Shown piece by piece: positions 44,825 to 54,390 of a DNA stretch of 64,000 bases (positions are counted from its first letter, which is position 1; each line of letters starts with the position of its first letter). This stretch comes from Candidatus Ventrimonas merdavium (GTDB taxonomy: Bacteria > Bacillota > Clostridia > Lachnospirales > Lachnospiraceae). The stretch spans positions 48 through 64,047 of the forward strand of contig DVLJ01000236.1 of NCBI GenBank assembly GCA_018715565.1, read 5' to 3'. The notes beneath the pieces were generated by a model. That model was not told where the DNA came from, made no database searches, and saw only the letters and a program-made list of their open reading frames with translations. The translations under genes and the position numbers were made by a program.

Positions 44825-44851
44825 AGTATATGTGGGCGTTCTGGGAAATAT
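44825..44851 (-). promoter_or_regulatory. Candidate mother-cell (sigmaE-like) promoter of the SipL-like gene
   Basis: On the minus strand: ACATATT, 14-nt spacer, CATATACT. This resembles the ATATT-N14-CATACAnT consensus as I recall it. Confidence 0.35.
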
Positions 44852-44876
44852 GTGGGGACAGCGGTCCCGCTCCCTG

Positions 44877-45731
44877 CTACTGCATATCGTACTCATCCAG
44901 GAAATGGTGCCGCTTTCCGTCCTTCACATAGCCGATGCAGGCGTCTAGGTTGACGTTCTCCACGCTCTTGAAAATGTTCGTCTCGATGTGGGGATTGATC
45001 TGGCGGAACCGGTTGATCAGCTCCTTCATCTCCTGGCGCTTGGAGGTGTGGACATCCTCCTCCATGGCCTTTTCCTGGGCGATCTTCTCCGTGAACCGGC
45101 AGGCGCACTGCAGGAACCGCAGCTGATTGTAGTCCTTCCAGGCCAGGATGTCCTGCTCCTTCACCAGATACAGGGGGCGGATCAACTCCATCCCCTCAAA
45201 ATTGGTGCTGTGGAGCTTCGGCATCATGGTATTGACCTGGGCCCCGTACAGCATACTCATCAGGATCGTCTCGATCACGTCGTCAAAATGATGCCCCAGG
45301 GCGATCTTATTGCATCCTAAATCCCGGGCGTTGGCGTACAGGTTCCCCCGGCGCATCCGGGCGCACAGGTAGCAGGGCGAGCCTCCGGCGTCCACCACCG
45401 TCTCAAAAATGTCGGACTCAAAAATGGTGATGGGGATCCCCAGAAGCCGGGCGTTCTCCTCGATGAGCTGCCGGTTGGCCGGGTGATAGCCTGGATCCAT
45501 GACCAGGAACTTCAGTCCGAATTCCATCTTCCCGTGCTTTAAGATCTCCTGCATGCACTTCGCCAGCAGCATGGAATCCTTGCCTCCGGAAATGCACACC
45601 GCGATGTTGTCTCCCTCCCGGATCAGGTCATACTCGTTCAGAGCGCGGACGAAAGGCCGCCAGATCGTCTTGCGGAACTGCTTGATGATGCTCTTCTCGA
45701 TCTCCACGGTCCGCGGATCCGGGTGGGTCAT
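44877..45731 (-). CDS. TtcA-family PP-loop ATPase (tRNA 2-thiocytidine-type thiolase)
   Basis: PP-loop VCISGGKDS. GSPCYLCARMRRG and GHHFDD are typical of TtcA. Start at the ATG at 45731, 11 nt after the cysE stop. The longer track ORF would overlap cysE by 82 nt. Confidence 0.8.
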   Translation of the reverse strand: MTHPDPRTVEIEKSIIKQFRKTIWRPFVRALNEYDLIREGDNIAVCISGGKDSMLLAKCMQEILKHGKMEFGLKFLVMDPGYHPANRQLIEENARLLGIPITIFESDIFETVVDAGGSPCYLCARMRRGNLYANARDLGCNKIALGHHFDDVIETILMSMLYGAQVNTMMPKLHSTNFEGMELIRPLYLVKEQDILAWKDYNQLRFLQCACRFTEKIAQEKAMEEDVHTSKRQEMKELINRFRQINPHIETNIFKSVENVNLDACIGYVKDGKRHHFLDEYDMQ

Positions 45732-45742
45732 GAGATGTTCTG

Positions 45743-46390
45743 TCAATGCTGTTTCTCCTTTAATGCTTCCTGCAGCCGGTCCACTTCTTCCTCCAGTTCC
45801 CGGATGCGTTCTTCCATGCGGCAATAATGCTCCATCGTCACCTTCGGCTCTTCCTTCTTCTCGATGGGAACGCCTGCCACCTTGATCGGCCGGGCCGGAA
45901 CGCCCACTGCCGTGGTATCATTGTCCAGGGGCTTTAAGAGCACCGCGTTGGCCGCGATCGTGCAGTTGTCCCCCACTTCAAAGGCGCCCAGGATCTTAGC
46001 CCCCGCGCCTACGGTCACGTTCCTGCCCAGGGTGGGATGGCGCTTTCCTTTGTTCAGGCCCACGCCCCCCAGGGTCACCCCCTGGTAGATCGTGCAGTTG
46101 TCCCCTACGATCGTCGTCTCGCCGATCACCACGCCGCAGCCGTGGTCGATCAGGATCCCATGGCCCATCTCCGCCCCGGGATGGATCTCGATCAGAGTGA
46201 AGAACCGGGCGATCTGGGAAATGAGCCGGGCGATAAAGAACAGCCGGTGCTTATAAAACCAATGGGCAAACCGGTGCCAGATGAGGGCGTGGACGCCCTG
46301 ATACAATAAGAGCACCTCCAGGGCGCTCCGGGCCGCCGGGTCCCGCTCCTGCACCGCCTTCACATCCAGCCAGATATCTTTTAAGATCAT
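45743..46390 (-). CDS. cysE: Serine O-acetyltransferase with a short C-terminal coiled extension
   Basis: ERDPAARS...LLYQGVHALIWHRFAHWF and hexapeptide repeats GHGILIDHGCGVVIGETTIVGDNCTIYQGVTLGG. ATG at 46390 after AAGGTGA (a GTG at 46399 is also possible). Confidence 0.88.
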   Translation of the reverse strand: MILKDIWLDVKAVQERDPAARSALEVLLLYQGVHALIWHRFAHWFYKHRLFFIARLISQIARFFTLIEIHPGAEMGHGILIDHGCGVVIGETTIVGDNCTIYQGVTLGGVGLNKGKRHPTLGRNVTVGAGAKILGAFEVGDNCTIAANAVLLKPLDNDTTAVGVPARPIKVAGVPIEKKEEPKVTMEHYCRMEERIRELEEEVDRLQEALKEKQH

Positions 46391-46479
46391 TGTAGTCACC
46401 TTATCTTTCTATTTGTCCTGTATCATATCATACGAGGGGCCGGTCTGCCAAGTGAAACTTGCTCTGCATCCTGCCCGTA

Positions 46480-47883
46480 TCATCCACCGAACAGGATAGC
46501 CTTTAACAGGAGCCTGCTGGACCATGCGGCCAGAAGGAACCCTACCAGCAGATTCTCCACAAAGCCGCCCCACAGTCCGTTCTCGCCCATCAGGGTGAAA
46601 TAATGGGTGACCACATACCGCACCGTGTCCAGGCTGCACTCCCATTGGAAATACGCCAGGCACAGGGTGATAAGATAGTCCAGGCCATTGGCCGCCGTCA
46701 GCATCACGGCCGTCACCGCCACGCAGAGATACGCGCCTCTCCGGTCCAGTCCCCCGGCCAGCCTGCGGTAGCCGTCCAGGGCGCATTTTAGCATCACGAA
46801 CCCGGCCAGCCCGGCGATAAATCCGATCTGTCCCAGGAACACCCAGACCGCCACCCCCGCCAGGGAGCCGCCGAAGGCCCCCAGAAGGCCAGGGAACATG
46901 CGGGGGCGATGGGGGGCAGGGGCAGAATTTGCGGGGACAGCAGCCGCTGACGCTGACGCTCCGACACAGTCATCCCCCACACTGCTCTCAGGCACTCGGC
47001 CTTCGCCCTGCTGCTCTTGCTCCAGATCTTTTTCTTCTACCCGCTGGAGCGCCTGCCGGATCTTCGCTTCTCTGCCTGCTCCGCCGGTCTCGTACCCAGC
47101 GGGGAAGCTGCTGGCTCCCGCAGCCTGGGGATCTCCTGCGCCAGGATCTCCGTTTTCAAAGACCTCCCCGTCATATCCGCTCATATCCACGTTCAGGGCC
47201 GCCTCCGCCCTTCTCCACTGCCGCCAGTTCCAGAACAGGCCCGCGCCGCCAACGATCACGATCAGCACCCCGGCTCCCGCCAGCTGCCATGCCAGCCTGG
47301 TTCCCGGGCCGCCTCCCGGCTTGCCTGCGGTATCCAGATACATGCTGCCAAAGACGTCCTCCGCCATGTCCTCTGTCAGGAATTCCTCGCCCACCGCATA
47401 ATTTACCATATCCACCGCGTAGCTTAAGACATCCTCATCCACCGGCCGGGCGATGCCCCGCAGCGTAAGGGGCTCCGGCGCGCCGTCTTCCCAGTCCCCG
47501 TAGAAATAATCCATCAGCCCCAGCCACTCCTCCGGCGGCGTCTCCCCCCGCCCCCGGACGATACGCATACCGTCCTCAGTGGTGACCAGATAATAAAAAT
47601 AGGTGTCTTTAAAATCCGAAGCAAAGCACTCCGTCATGCCGTCCGCTTCCAGCGTCTTGTAGGAATCCTGAACGCGATCCGGCCCTTCCCACGCATCAAA
47701 CGGCTCGGTCCGGGACCGGTACTCCCGGGCCTGTTCGGCCTGCTCCACAAAAAAACAGCCGGCAGTCAGGCAGACGCTGAGTCCTGTCAGCAGGACGATC
47801 AAGCTGAGTGCCATGGCGACAGCTGCTTTCTTTTTAATTCCCTTTTGTTCTTTTTGCCACCAGGTTTCCCCTTGGTTTTTCAT
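46480..47883 (-). CDS. Membrane protein of unknown function (N-terminal TM plus ectodomain, TM, disordered linker, C-terminal 4-TM bundle)
   Basis: ATG at 47883 after AAGGGGGA. Hydrophobic segments at aa about 22-45, 215-235 and four more in the last 140 aa. No motif recognised. Confidence 0.55.
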   Translation of the reverse strand: MKNQGETWWQKEQKGIKKKAAVAMALSLIVLLTGLSVCLTAGCFFVEQAEQAREYRSRTEPFDAWEGPDRVQDSYKTLEADGMTECFASDFKDTYFYYLVTTEDGMRIVRGRGETPPEEWLGLMDYFYGDWEDGAPEPLTLRGIARPVDEDVLSYAVDMVNYAVGEEFLTEDMAEDVFGSMYLDTAGKPGGGPGTRLAWQLAGAGVLIVIVGGAGLFWNWRQWRRAEAALNVDMSGYDGEVFENGDPGAGDPQAAGASSFPAGYETGGAGREAKIRQALQRVEEKDLEQEQQGEGRVPESSVGDDCVGASASAAAVPANSAPAPHRPRMFPGLLGAFGGSLAGVAVWVFLGQIGFIAGLAGFVMLKCALDGYRRLAGGLDRRGAYLCVAVTAVMLTAANGLDYLITLCLAYFQWECSLDTVRYVVTHYFTLMGENGLWGGFVENLLVGFLLAAWSSRLLLKAILFGG

Positions 47884-48007
47884 ACGTATCCCCCTTGCTC
47901 CGGACCTGCAGGCGTTCGTTCTCCGTCTGTCCCTCCGGCCATTTTCTCGACGTCTGTTCTTCCAATACACTTCTTCACATCATTTTAGCACAGTTTTAAA
48001 GTGTTTG

Positions 48008-48439
48008 CTACTGAAAGATGACCGGATTCTCCAGATATTCCGTCCGGACAGAGATAAACGGGTAGGATTTCTCCACGCCGACCTCCTCGCCCTTTTCCGG
48101 CCCTAAAAGCTCCGTATCGATCACGATGGAATTCTCCGTGAGATACAATTCCCGCACGGAAATACTGTACCCACCGGTGCTCTGCTCCCCATATCCCACG
48201 GTTATGTAAAGTCCCTGATCATTGCTGTAGGTCAGCTTAAACGGCGCCGCCTTTTTCTGCTCCACCAGTTCCCGCAGCTCTGCCGGCAGATCCGCCTCCG
48301 CCACCACTTCAAATTCCAGATCCCGCACCTTATCCTGCTGCGCCTTTTCCACACTGCATCCCGTCAGATTCCGCGCCAGAAACGCCCAGACCACCAGACA
48401 CCCAATCAGGAACATTTTCCCCTTCAGCCGTTTACCCAT
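48008..48439 (-). CDS. PrcB-family lipoprotein
   Basis: Lipobox LTGCS. LYITVGYGEQSTGGYSISVRELY resembles the PrcB_C domain. GGGAGGA RBS before the ATG at 48439. Confidence 0.65.
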   Translation of the reverse strand: MGKRLKGKMFLIGCLVVWAFLARNLTGCSVEKAQQDKVRDLEFEVVAEADLPAELRELVEQKKAAPFKLTYSNDQGLYITVGYGEQSTGGYSISVRELYLTENSIVIDTELLGPEKGEEVGVEKSYPFISVRTEYLENPVIFQ

Positions 48440-48580
48440 AGCATCCTCCCTGGAAATGTTGATTGTTACTAATGTATTCCTTCGTACGCTGGAATATGAA
48501 ACTAATCTGGGCAAAGAAAATACCGTTTCCTCCGGCTTTAGCTTCCTTCAGGAAACGGTATCTTTCTCTATCGTCGAACT

Positions 48581-48856
48581 TTATGGTTCCTCTTTACTGC
48601 AGATCGCCAGCCGGTGCTGATACTTTTCCCGGGTAGCCATCCCGCCCCGGATGTGCCGCTCCGACTTGTTCACGTCCAGCACGATCCTGGCCCGGGCCGC
48701 CAGGGAGGGATTGATATGTTCCAGACGGTCTGTGACGTCTTTGTGCACTGTGGACTTCGAGATCCCAAACTTCTTCGCCGTCTGCCGTACCGTGGCATTG
48801 TGGTCTATGATGTAATTGGCAATGGCCACCGCACGTTCCTCGATATATTCCTTCAT
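48581..48856 (-). CDS. spoIIID: Sporulation transcriptional regulator SpoIIID
   Basis: MKEYIEERAVAIANYIIDHNATVRQTAKKFGISKSTVHKDVTDRL...NKSERHIRGG is nearly invariant across spore formers. Confidence 0.9.
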   Translation of the reverse strand: MKEYIEERAVAIANYIIDHNATVRQTAKKFGISKSTVHKDVTDRLEHINPSLAARARIVLDVNKSERHIRGGMATREKYQHRLAICSKEEP

Positions 48857-48969
48857 GGGAGTACCCCTGAGAACGTTTTTTACATCATATTGTTTTTAAA
48901 GAAGAATTATGCACAGGCCGGGGAGAATTGTCTGAGGAATATTCTGAGATTCTGAGCGTAGTTTGTCCC

Positions 48970-49443
48970 CTAGCGTGCATGCCGCCCGTCAGCAGGAATC
49001 TCATAGTAAAAATGCGGAATTTCCCTGCCATCAATCGAAGACACTGCCATCCCCTCCTGAACCGCTCCCATTTTCTCATAAAACCCTATGGCCTGATGGC
49101 TGGTAACAAACTGGAAAGACGCAATCTGATGGCTCCGGCACCAGTCTGTCAGATGCAGCCACAGGCTTTTTCCATATCCTTTTCCCAAAAGCGGCTCTGC
49201 CACATAAAAATACTCCAGTTCCCATCCTTGTCCGCTCTGGCGCATCCCCCAAAAAGCGTCCAGGATTTGGCCAGAATAGGCGGCAAAAACCGGATTTTCT
49301 TCCAGGAAACTGGCTGTGATATTGAAATCCTGGTCAAACTTTTCCATAAATTCCGGGGAATACCCCCAGTGAGCCTCAGAATCATGGGCAAGGCTCCGCA
49401 AATAAGGTACATCGGCGGGGCAAGCCGGAGAAATCTTCTGCAT
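48970..49443 (-). CDS. GNAT-family N-acetyltransferase
   Basis: 157 aa. Acetyl-CoA loop YVAEPLLGKGYGKSLWLHL and C-terminal AIGFYEKMG. Confidence 0.75.
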   Translation of the reverse strand: MQKISPACPADVPYLRSLAHDSEAHWGYSPEFMEKFDQDFNITASFLEENPVFAAYSGQILDAFWGMRQSGQGWELEYFYVAEPLLGKGYGKSLWLHLTDWCRSHQIASFQFVTSHQAIGFYEKMGAVQEGMAVSSIDGREIPHFYYEIPADGRHAR

Positions 49444-49461
49444 GCTGGGCCCTCCCTTCTT

Positions 49462-50391
49462 TTACAGGATCACGATCTCCTTCGTCTCTTCCCGTCGCTT
49501 GAGCACCTGCACGTACTCTCTGGCCATGCGGATCAGGCAGTTGATGCTGTGGCTGCGGTAAACCCCTTTCTGGATCAAAATGACGTCATATATCTGAAAA
49601 CCATCCACCCAGTTCAGCTCTACCAGGCCCATCTGTCTGACCTTCGGGACGCAGACGTAAGGAATCAGGCAGATCCGGTCCCCTTCCTGGACGGTGTTGA
49701 TCACCGCATGGATGCTTCCCAGGAACAGCTCCGAGGATGGTCTGGATCCGCTTTGCGTCAGACAGCGGCGGAATTCATCCGTAAAACAGCAATCCTCATA
49801 GGTATAGGAAAAATTCTGCCTGTCCAGATCGCTCATCCGGACTTCCTTTTGCCTGGCCAGAGGATGATCCGGCGACACCATCAGGCAAAGCCGTTCTTCA
49901 AACAGCGGGACCGTCTGCTGTCCGTCATCGCCTGCCTGCGGATCCAATGTCTGGACAAAACCGATGTCCACCTCATTCTGGTTCAGCCATTCCGGTACTC
50001 TGGCACAGCAGATCGCATTGACCTTTAAGCTGATATCCTGCCGTTTCGTTTCCACGTCCACAAAGAACTCCCCGAAGGAAAAGCCTACCATCAATTCTCC
50101 TCCGGCGACCCGGATGCTTCCAATGGTCTTCACCTGCTGGAACTCATTCTGGACCTTAAAATAAATGCTCAGCATTTCATCCGCATAACGCATGAACCGC
50201 TTTCCATCGCAGGTCATTTCGATCTTCCCGCTGCGGTATTCCACCAGCTGAGTCTGAAGCTCGTCCTCCAGGGCATGGATATGCTTTGCCAATGTGGAAG
50301 GCGCATAGTTCAGCTTTTCGGAAGTTTTCAGGTAGTTCTTTTCCTGCACCAGCGTCATAAATGTAATAAGCTGCTTCGTATTCATGATCAA
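49462..50391 (-). CDS. LysR-family transcriptional regulator
   Basis: N-terminal HTH LITFMTLVQEKNYLKTSEKLNYAPSTLAKHIHALEDEL plus a LysR substrate-binding domain. Confidence 0.85.
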   Translation of the reverse strand: MIMNTKQLITFMTLVQEKNYLKTSEKLNYAPSTLAKHIHALEDELQTQLVEYRSGKIEMTCDGKRFMRYADEMLSIYFKVQNEFQQVKTIGSIRVAGGELMVGFSFGEFFVDVETKRQDISLKVNAICCARVPEWLNQNEVDIGFVQTLDPQAGDDGQQTVPLFEERLCLMVSPDHPLARQKEVRMSDLDRQNFSYTYEDCCFTDEFRRCLTQSGSRPSSELFLGSIHAVINTVQEGDRICLIPYVCVPKVRQMGLVELNWVDGFQIYDVILIQKGVYRSHSINCLIRMAREYVQVLKRREETKEIVIL

Positions 50392-50455
50392 TTACCCGTA
50401 AGAAAAAGCATCCATTGGGAAATGGATGCTTTTGCCTTTTCTTTTCTGTAAGAAA

Positions 50456-52495
50456 CTATTTTGCGTCAGCGATCACGGTCTCACCCGCTAATTTACCGAA
50501 TACAACCGTATCGACCACCGCGTTTCCGCCTAAACGGTTCGCACCGTGGATCCCTCCGGTAACCTCGCCTGCCGCGTACAGACCGGCGATCGGAGCCCCT
50601 GACTCATCCAGCACGCGGGCCTCGGTATCGATGCTGACACCGCCCATGGTGTGATGGATACATGCCTGACGGGCAGTGGCAACCCAGGGACCATTCTCCA
50701 GCTTGGTGGTGTACAGAGTTCTTCCGAACTCATCCGCCGCGCCGTCCACGCTTGCATTGAAATTATCTACGGTAGCTTTTAAGGTGTCTGCGTCGCATCC
50801 CAGCTTCTCAGCCATCTCATCCAAAGTATCTGCTACTAAAATATAACCGTTTTCTTCCAGATAGTCAAATGTAAATCCATCTGCGGAACGCCATTCCGGA
50901 TCGGCAATATCCACATAGCCGGGACCGTCTGCAGATTCCAGCATATAGAACATGGAATCGGTCTGTCCCATAACGGCCAGGCAGATCTCGTCGCGGCGGC
51001 CATCCTCTCTTACGAAACGCTCGCCTTCTTTGTTGATGAAGATGATCTGGTCCGTTCCGTTTACGTCACGAGGCGGATATTTGGTCAGCTGTCCGTCCTT
51101 AACATTGCCCAGATACAGAAGCTGGATCTGCTCCATATCGGTTAAGCCGGCGCCTGCCTCCAGAGCCATCGTGATGCCGTCGCCCTGAGAGCTGCTGAAA
51201 CGGTTGGTGGTCATGACTTTGCTCAGGTCATTCCATTTGCCGGAGGTATTGTACTCCTGGACCATCTTGCTGTTGGCTGCAAATCCGCCTGTTGCCAGTA
51301 CAACGCCCATTCCTGCGTCTACGGTAAATTCGTTGCCGGCTTTGTCCTTACATACAACGCCGACCACTCTGCCGTCTGCATCCTGGACTAATTTTTCTGC
51401 AGTGCTGCTGGTAAGGATGGTGATCTTGTCATTCTCCGCGATCTGCTCTACGTAAGTAGACATAAATCCGGTGCCCATCTGCATGGTACTTGTATGGGTC
51501 CGCTGCCACAGGGCGCCTGCGCCCTGGCCGATGACATCGCTGAATTCCATCCCCAGGGATTCGATCCATTCCAGGCCGTCATAGGAATCGTAGCAGAGTG
51601 TCTTTACCAGGTCCAGATCCGCCACCTTATCGCCGTTGATCCAGGTCTGCAAAGCGTACCATTCTTTGGTATCGAACAGGTCGGTCCTGCCGGATGCTTT
51701 ATATTCATCCCACTGTGCCTGGACCTCCTTCTGCAGCGCCGCATGGGCTTCATCCACCGGCTCCTCTGCCAGTGCGCTCTCGATCGTTGCCTTTACCGCG
51801 TCGGTCATGGTCACCTGGCTCTGGAGCGCTTCGTTCGGCGTATTGTAGATCGCGCCGCAGACCAGGGTATCGCCGCCCACGGAACCATTTTTCTCAACCA
51901 CCACAACGCTGGCCCCGCCTTCTGCCGCGGAGATCGCCGCTGCCAGTCCGGCTCCGCCGCCGCCCACGACTACCACGTCCGCGCTCTGATCTGCCTGTGC
52001 TTCCGCCGGCACCTCTGCCTGCCAGTCGTCCAGGTTCGCCCCTGCCTGGGTCAGGCAGTCCTCCACTGCCTTTTTCACTGCGGCAGAGGTGATGGTCGCG
52101 CCGGTAACCGCGTCAACATTCAAGGTCTGATACTCCACGATCTGCTCTGGGATCAGCGTGACCGGCGTCTTTCCGCCCTCATACAGTTCCTCGCCGGCAG
52201 CATTTTTCAGCGGACCGCCGATACCCGGAGTCTCCGATTCCTTGGTCACATCCACGGAAATGATCGCATCCTCGCTGACTTCCACACTGACCTCGACCTT
52301 GTCATTCATCCCCTGTGTGGAAGCAGTGTAGGTTCCGGCCTTCATCCCGCCGCCGGCGCCCTCCGCAGCTGTTTCCTGTACGGTGGTCTCCTGCGCGGTG
52401 GTCTCAGGCGCCGCTGTTTCCGCCGTCGGGGAAGAACAGCCTGCAGCACTTAAAGCAACACACAGTCCTGTCAACAATAATCGCTTCTTTTTCAT
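50456..52495 (-). CDS. Extracytoplasmic lipoprotein flavin reductase: FMN-binding domain plus FAD-dependent fumarate/urocanate-reductase-like flavoprotein
   Basis: Lipobox LSAAGCSS. Flavinylation-type motif NVDAVTGATITS. FAD Rossmann VVVVGGGGAGLAAA. Active-site block CIHHTMGGVSID and C-terminal AAGEVTGGIHGANRLGGNA. Confidence 0.85.
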   Translation of the reverse strand: MKKKRLLLTGLCVALSAAGCSSPTAETAAPETTAQETTVQETAAEGAGGGMKAGTYTASTQGMNDKVEVSVEVSEDAIISVDVTKESETPGIGGPLKNAAGEELYEGGKTPVTLIPEQIVEYQTLNVDAVTGATITSAAVKKAVEDCLTQAGANLDDWQAEVPAEAQADQSADVVVVGGGGAGLAAAISAAEGGASVVVVEKNGSVGGDTLVCGAIYNTPNEALQSQVTMTDAVKATIESALAEEPVDEAHAALQKEVQAQWDEYKASGRTDLFDTKEWYALQTWINGDKVADLDLVKTLCYDSYDGLEWIESLGMEFSDVIGQGAGALWQRTHTSTMQMGTGFMSTYVEQIAENDKITILTSSTAEKLVQDADGRVVGVVCKDKAGNEFTVDAGMGVVLATGGFAANSKMVQEYNTSGKWNDLSKVMTTNRFSSSQGDGITMALEAGAGLTDMEQIQLLYLGNVKDGQLTKYPPRDVNGTDQIIFINKEGERFVREDGRRDEICLAVMGQTDSMFYMLESADGPGYVDIADPEWRSADGFTFDYLEENGYILVADTLDEMAEKLGCDADTLKATVDNFNASVDGAADEFGRTLYTTKLENGPWVATARQACIHHTMGGVSIDTEARVLDESGAPIAGLYAAGEVTGGIHGANRLGGNAVVDTVVFGKLAGETVIADAK

Positions 52496-52581
52496 GATAC
52501 TTCCTCCTTTATCATGTGATTGATAATATTATAACATACTATCCCTGCGCCCAACTCACACTAAAAGGATTTTCTGTCTCA

Positions 52582-54390
52582 CTATTCCGTCAGACCGTCG
52601 ATCTCCAGGATCTCTTCCAGCACCAGAACCTCCACCCCCTCCGTCTTTCCCTTCAGCCGCACCTCCCCCAGAGATGTGGCGCGGATCCGGCCTTCCAGGC
52701 GGTCGGCCACGACCCGGGAAAGATAGATCGTACCGCCAGGAGCGCTGGATTCCAGGCGGGAAGCAGTGTTCACGGTATCCCCGATCGCGGTGTAGTCCAT
52801 CCGGTCCGGAGAACCGATATTGCCTACTACGGCTTTTCCCGCATGGATCCCGATCCCAAAGGATACCTGGCGGCCATACTGCGCCATCAGCTCCCGGGTC
52901 AAAAGTCCCATCCCCCGCTTCATATCCGCCGCAGCCCGGACCGCATGCATCACATGATCCTCCTGGGGGACCGGAGCGCCCCAGAAGGCCATGGCCGCAT
53001 CCCCGATGAATTTATCCAGCGTGCCGCTGTTGGAAATGATGCAGTCTGAGATCAGCGTCAGATACCGGTTCAGGATCTCTACTACCACCGTGGGCTCCAG
53101 GCCTTCTGACATGGATGTAAAGCCGCGGATATCCACGAACAGCACCGCGATATCCATCACCTGGCCGCCCACCTCTAAGCGGCCGTGCTCCTCCTTTTTC
53201 AGGACCTCGTCCACGATCTCCGGGGCTACATACCGGCGGAACGTCTGGGTCACCAGACGCTTTTCCAGCACGGAACGGAAATAGTGGGCCGCGATGCAGC
53301 CTACATAGCACACGCCAACTCCCAGGGGGATCCACAGCACGTTCAGCACCACGCCCTGTCCGTACATCCATTTCGTCAGCAGGAGATATCCGGCTTCGAT
53401 CCCCAGGAAGGAAACGGTCGCCACCCACAGACGGCGCTTCCAGAACAGGACCATACAGCAGGCCAGGGCGGCGAACAGCAACGCCAGCTGAGGCTGCGCT
53501 CCCAGCTCTGTCTTATACTGCCCATTTAACAGGGCCTCGATCATGTTGGCCTGATACTCCACCCCATACATGGGCATGGCGTGATCCGCGGCCGTTACAT
53601 AGCTGTCCTGGAGTCCCGCCGCATACGCCCCGATCAGCACGATCTTCCCGTCAAAATAGTCCGGCGGCACCGTGCCGGTCAGCACATCCGAGACGGCGAT
53701 CGACTGGCTGTAATCCCCCGGCTTCCCGGTAAACGGCACATACCAGAAGCCCCGGCTGTCCGTGGGCGGCGACGTCAGCTCCAGAATCCCCTGGTCCCGG
53801 CAGTACAGCCGGACCGCCTGGGCCGCAAAGGAGGGGACCGTCCGTCCATCCGGCAGGCGCACCTCCCACAGTCCATGGCGGAGGACCCCGTCCTCATCAA
53901 ACATGGCATTGATATGGCCCTGGACCGTGGCCTCCTTAAGGGCCGGATAAGGCTCGTCATAGGCCTGGACGGAAAATGGTTCCAGATAGGAATTCCCATC
54001 CAGCTCCTCCAGTCCGCTCCCAAACTCTGCCGCCGAGGCAGTGACCACATTTCCGTACATCCCAGCCGCCTCTGCCAGCCAGGCGTCCCCGGCCGGCTCC
54101 CGGTTCCCCGCATACAGCACGTCGATGCCGATCACCGCAGGCCGGCACTCCTCCGACTGGTTCAGCGTCTCCAGGGTCATAGCCATGACCTCCCGTCCCC
54201 AGTCTGCGAACGGACCGATGGTATCCAGCGCCTGCTGGTTGATCTCCACCAGCACGATCTCCCCGCCGGACGCCGACCTCTCCTGATACCAGGCGTCTGC
54301 CAGGATATGCTCCTGCACGTCTAAGATCCCAGAAGCGGCGATCAGGGTCATCCCCGCCGCCGCTCCGATCCCAGCAAGCCAATATCTCAT
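52582..54390 (-). CDS. CHASE2-domain membrane-bound class III adenylate cyclase
   Basis: N-terminal TM and a roughly 300-aa CHASE2-like ectodomain (VLVEINQQALD...IGIDVLY), then three TM helices. Cyclase core VLFVDIRGFTS, LDKFIGDAAMAFWG and DYTAIGDTVNTASRLES (Lys/Asp pattern, so ATP). ATG at 54390 overlaps the upstream stop by 1 nt. Confidence 0.85.
   Translation of the reverse strand: MRYWLAGIGAAAGMTLIAASGILDVQEHILADAWYQERSASGGEIVLVEINQQALDTIGPFADWGREVMAMTLETLNQSEECRPAVIGIDVLYAGNREPAGDAWLAEAAGMYGNVVTASAAEFGSGLEELDGNSYLEPFSVQAYDEPYPALKEATVQGHINAMFDEDGVLRHGLWEVRLPDGRTVPSFAAQAVRLYCRDQGILELTSPPTDSRGFWYVPFTGKPGDYSQSIAVSDVLTGTVPPDYFDGKIVLIGAYAAGLQDSYVTAADHAMPMYGVEYQANMIEALLNGQYKTELGAQPQLALLFAALACCMVLFWKRRLWVATVSFLGIEAGYLLLTKWMYGQGVVLNVLWIPLGVGVCYVGCIAAHYFRSVLEKRLVTQTFRRYVAPEIVDEVLKKEEHGRLEVGGQVMDIAVLFVDIRGFTSMSEGLEPTVVVEILNRYLTLISDCIISNSGTLDKFIGDAAMAFWGAPVPQEDHVMHAVRAAADMKRGMGLLTRELMAQYGRQVSFGIGIHAGKAVVGNIGSPDRMDYTAIGDTVNTASRLESSAPGGTIYLSRVVADRLEGRIRATSLGEVRLKGKTEGVEVLVLEEILEIDGLTE

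Noticed and set aside
48928-50028. 366-aa plus-strand ORF antisense to the GNAT and LysR genes
   Set aside because: It spans two independent minus-strand genes that have clear family signatures, and it has no motif of its own.
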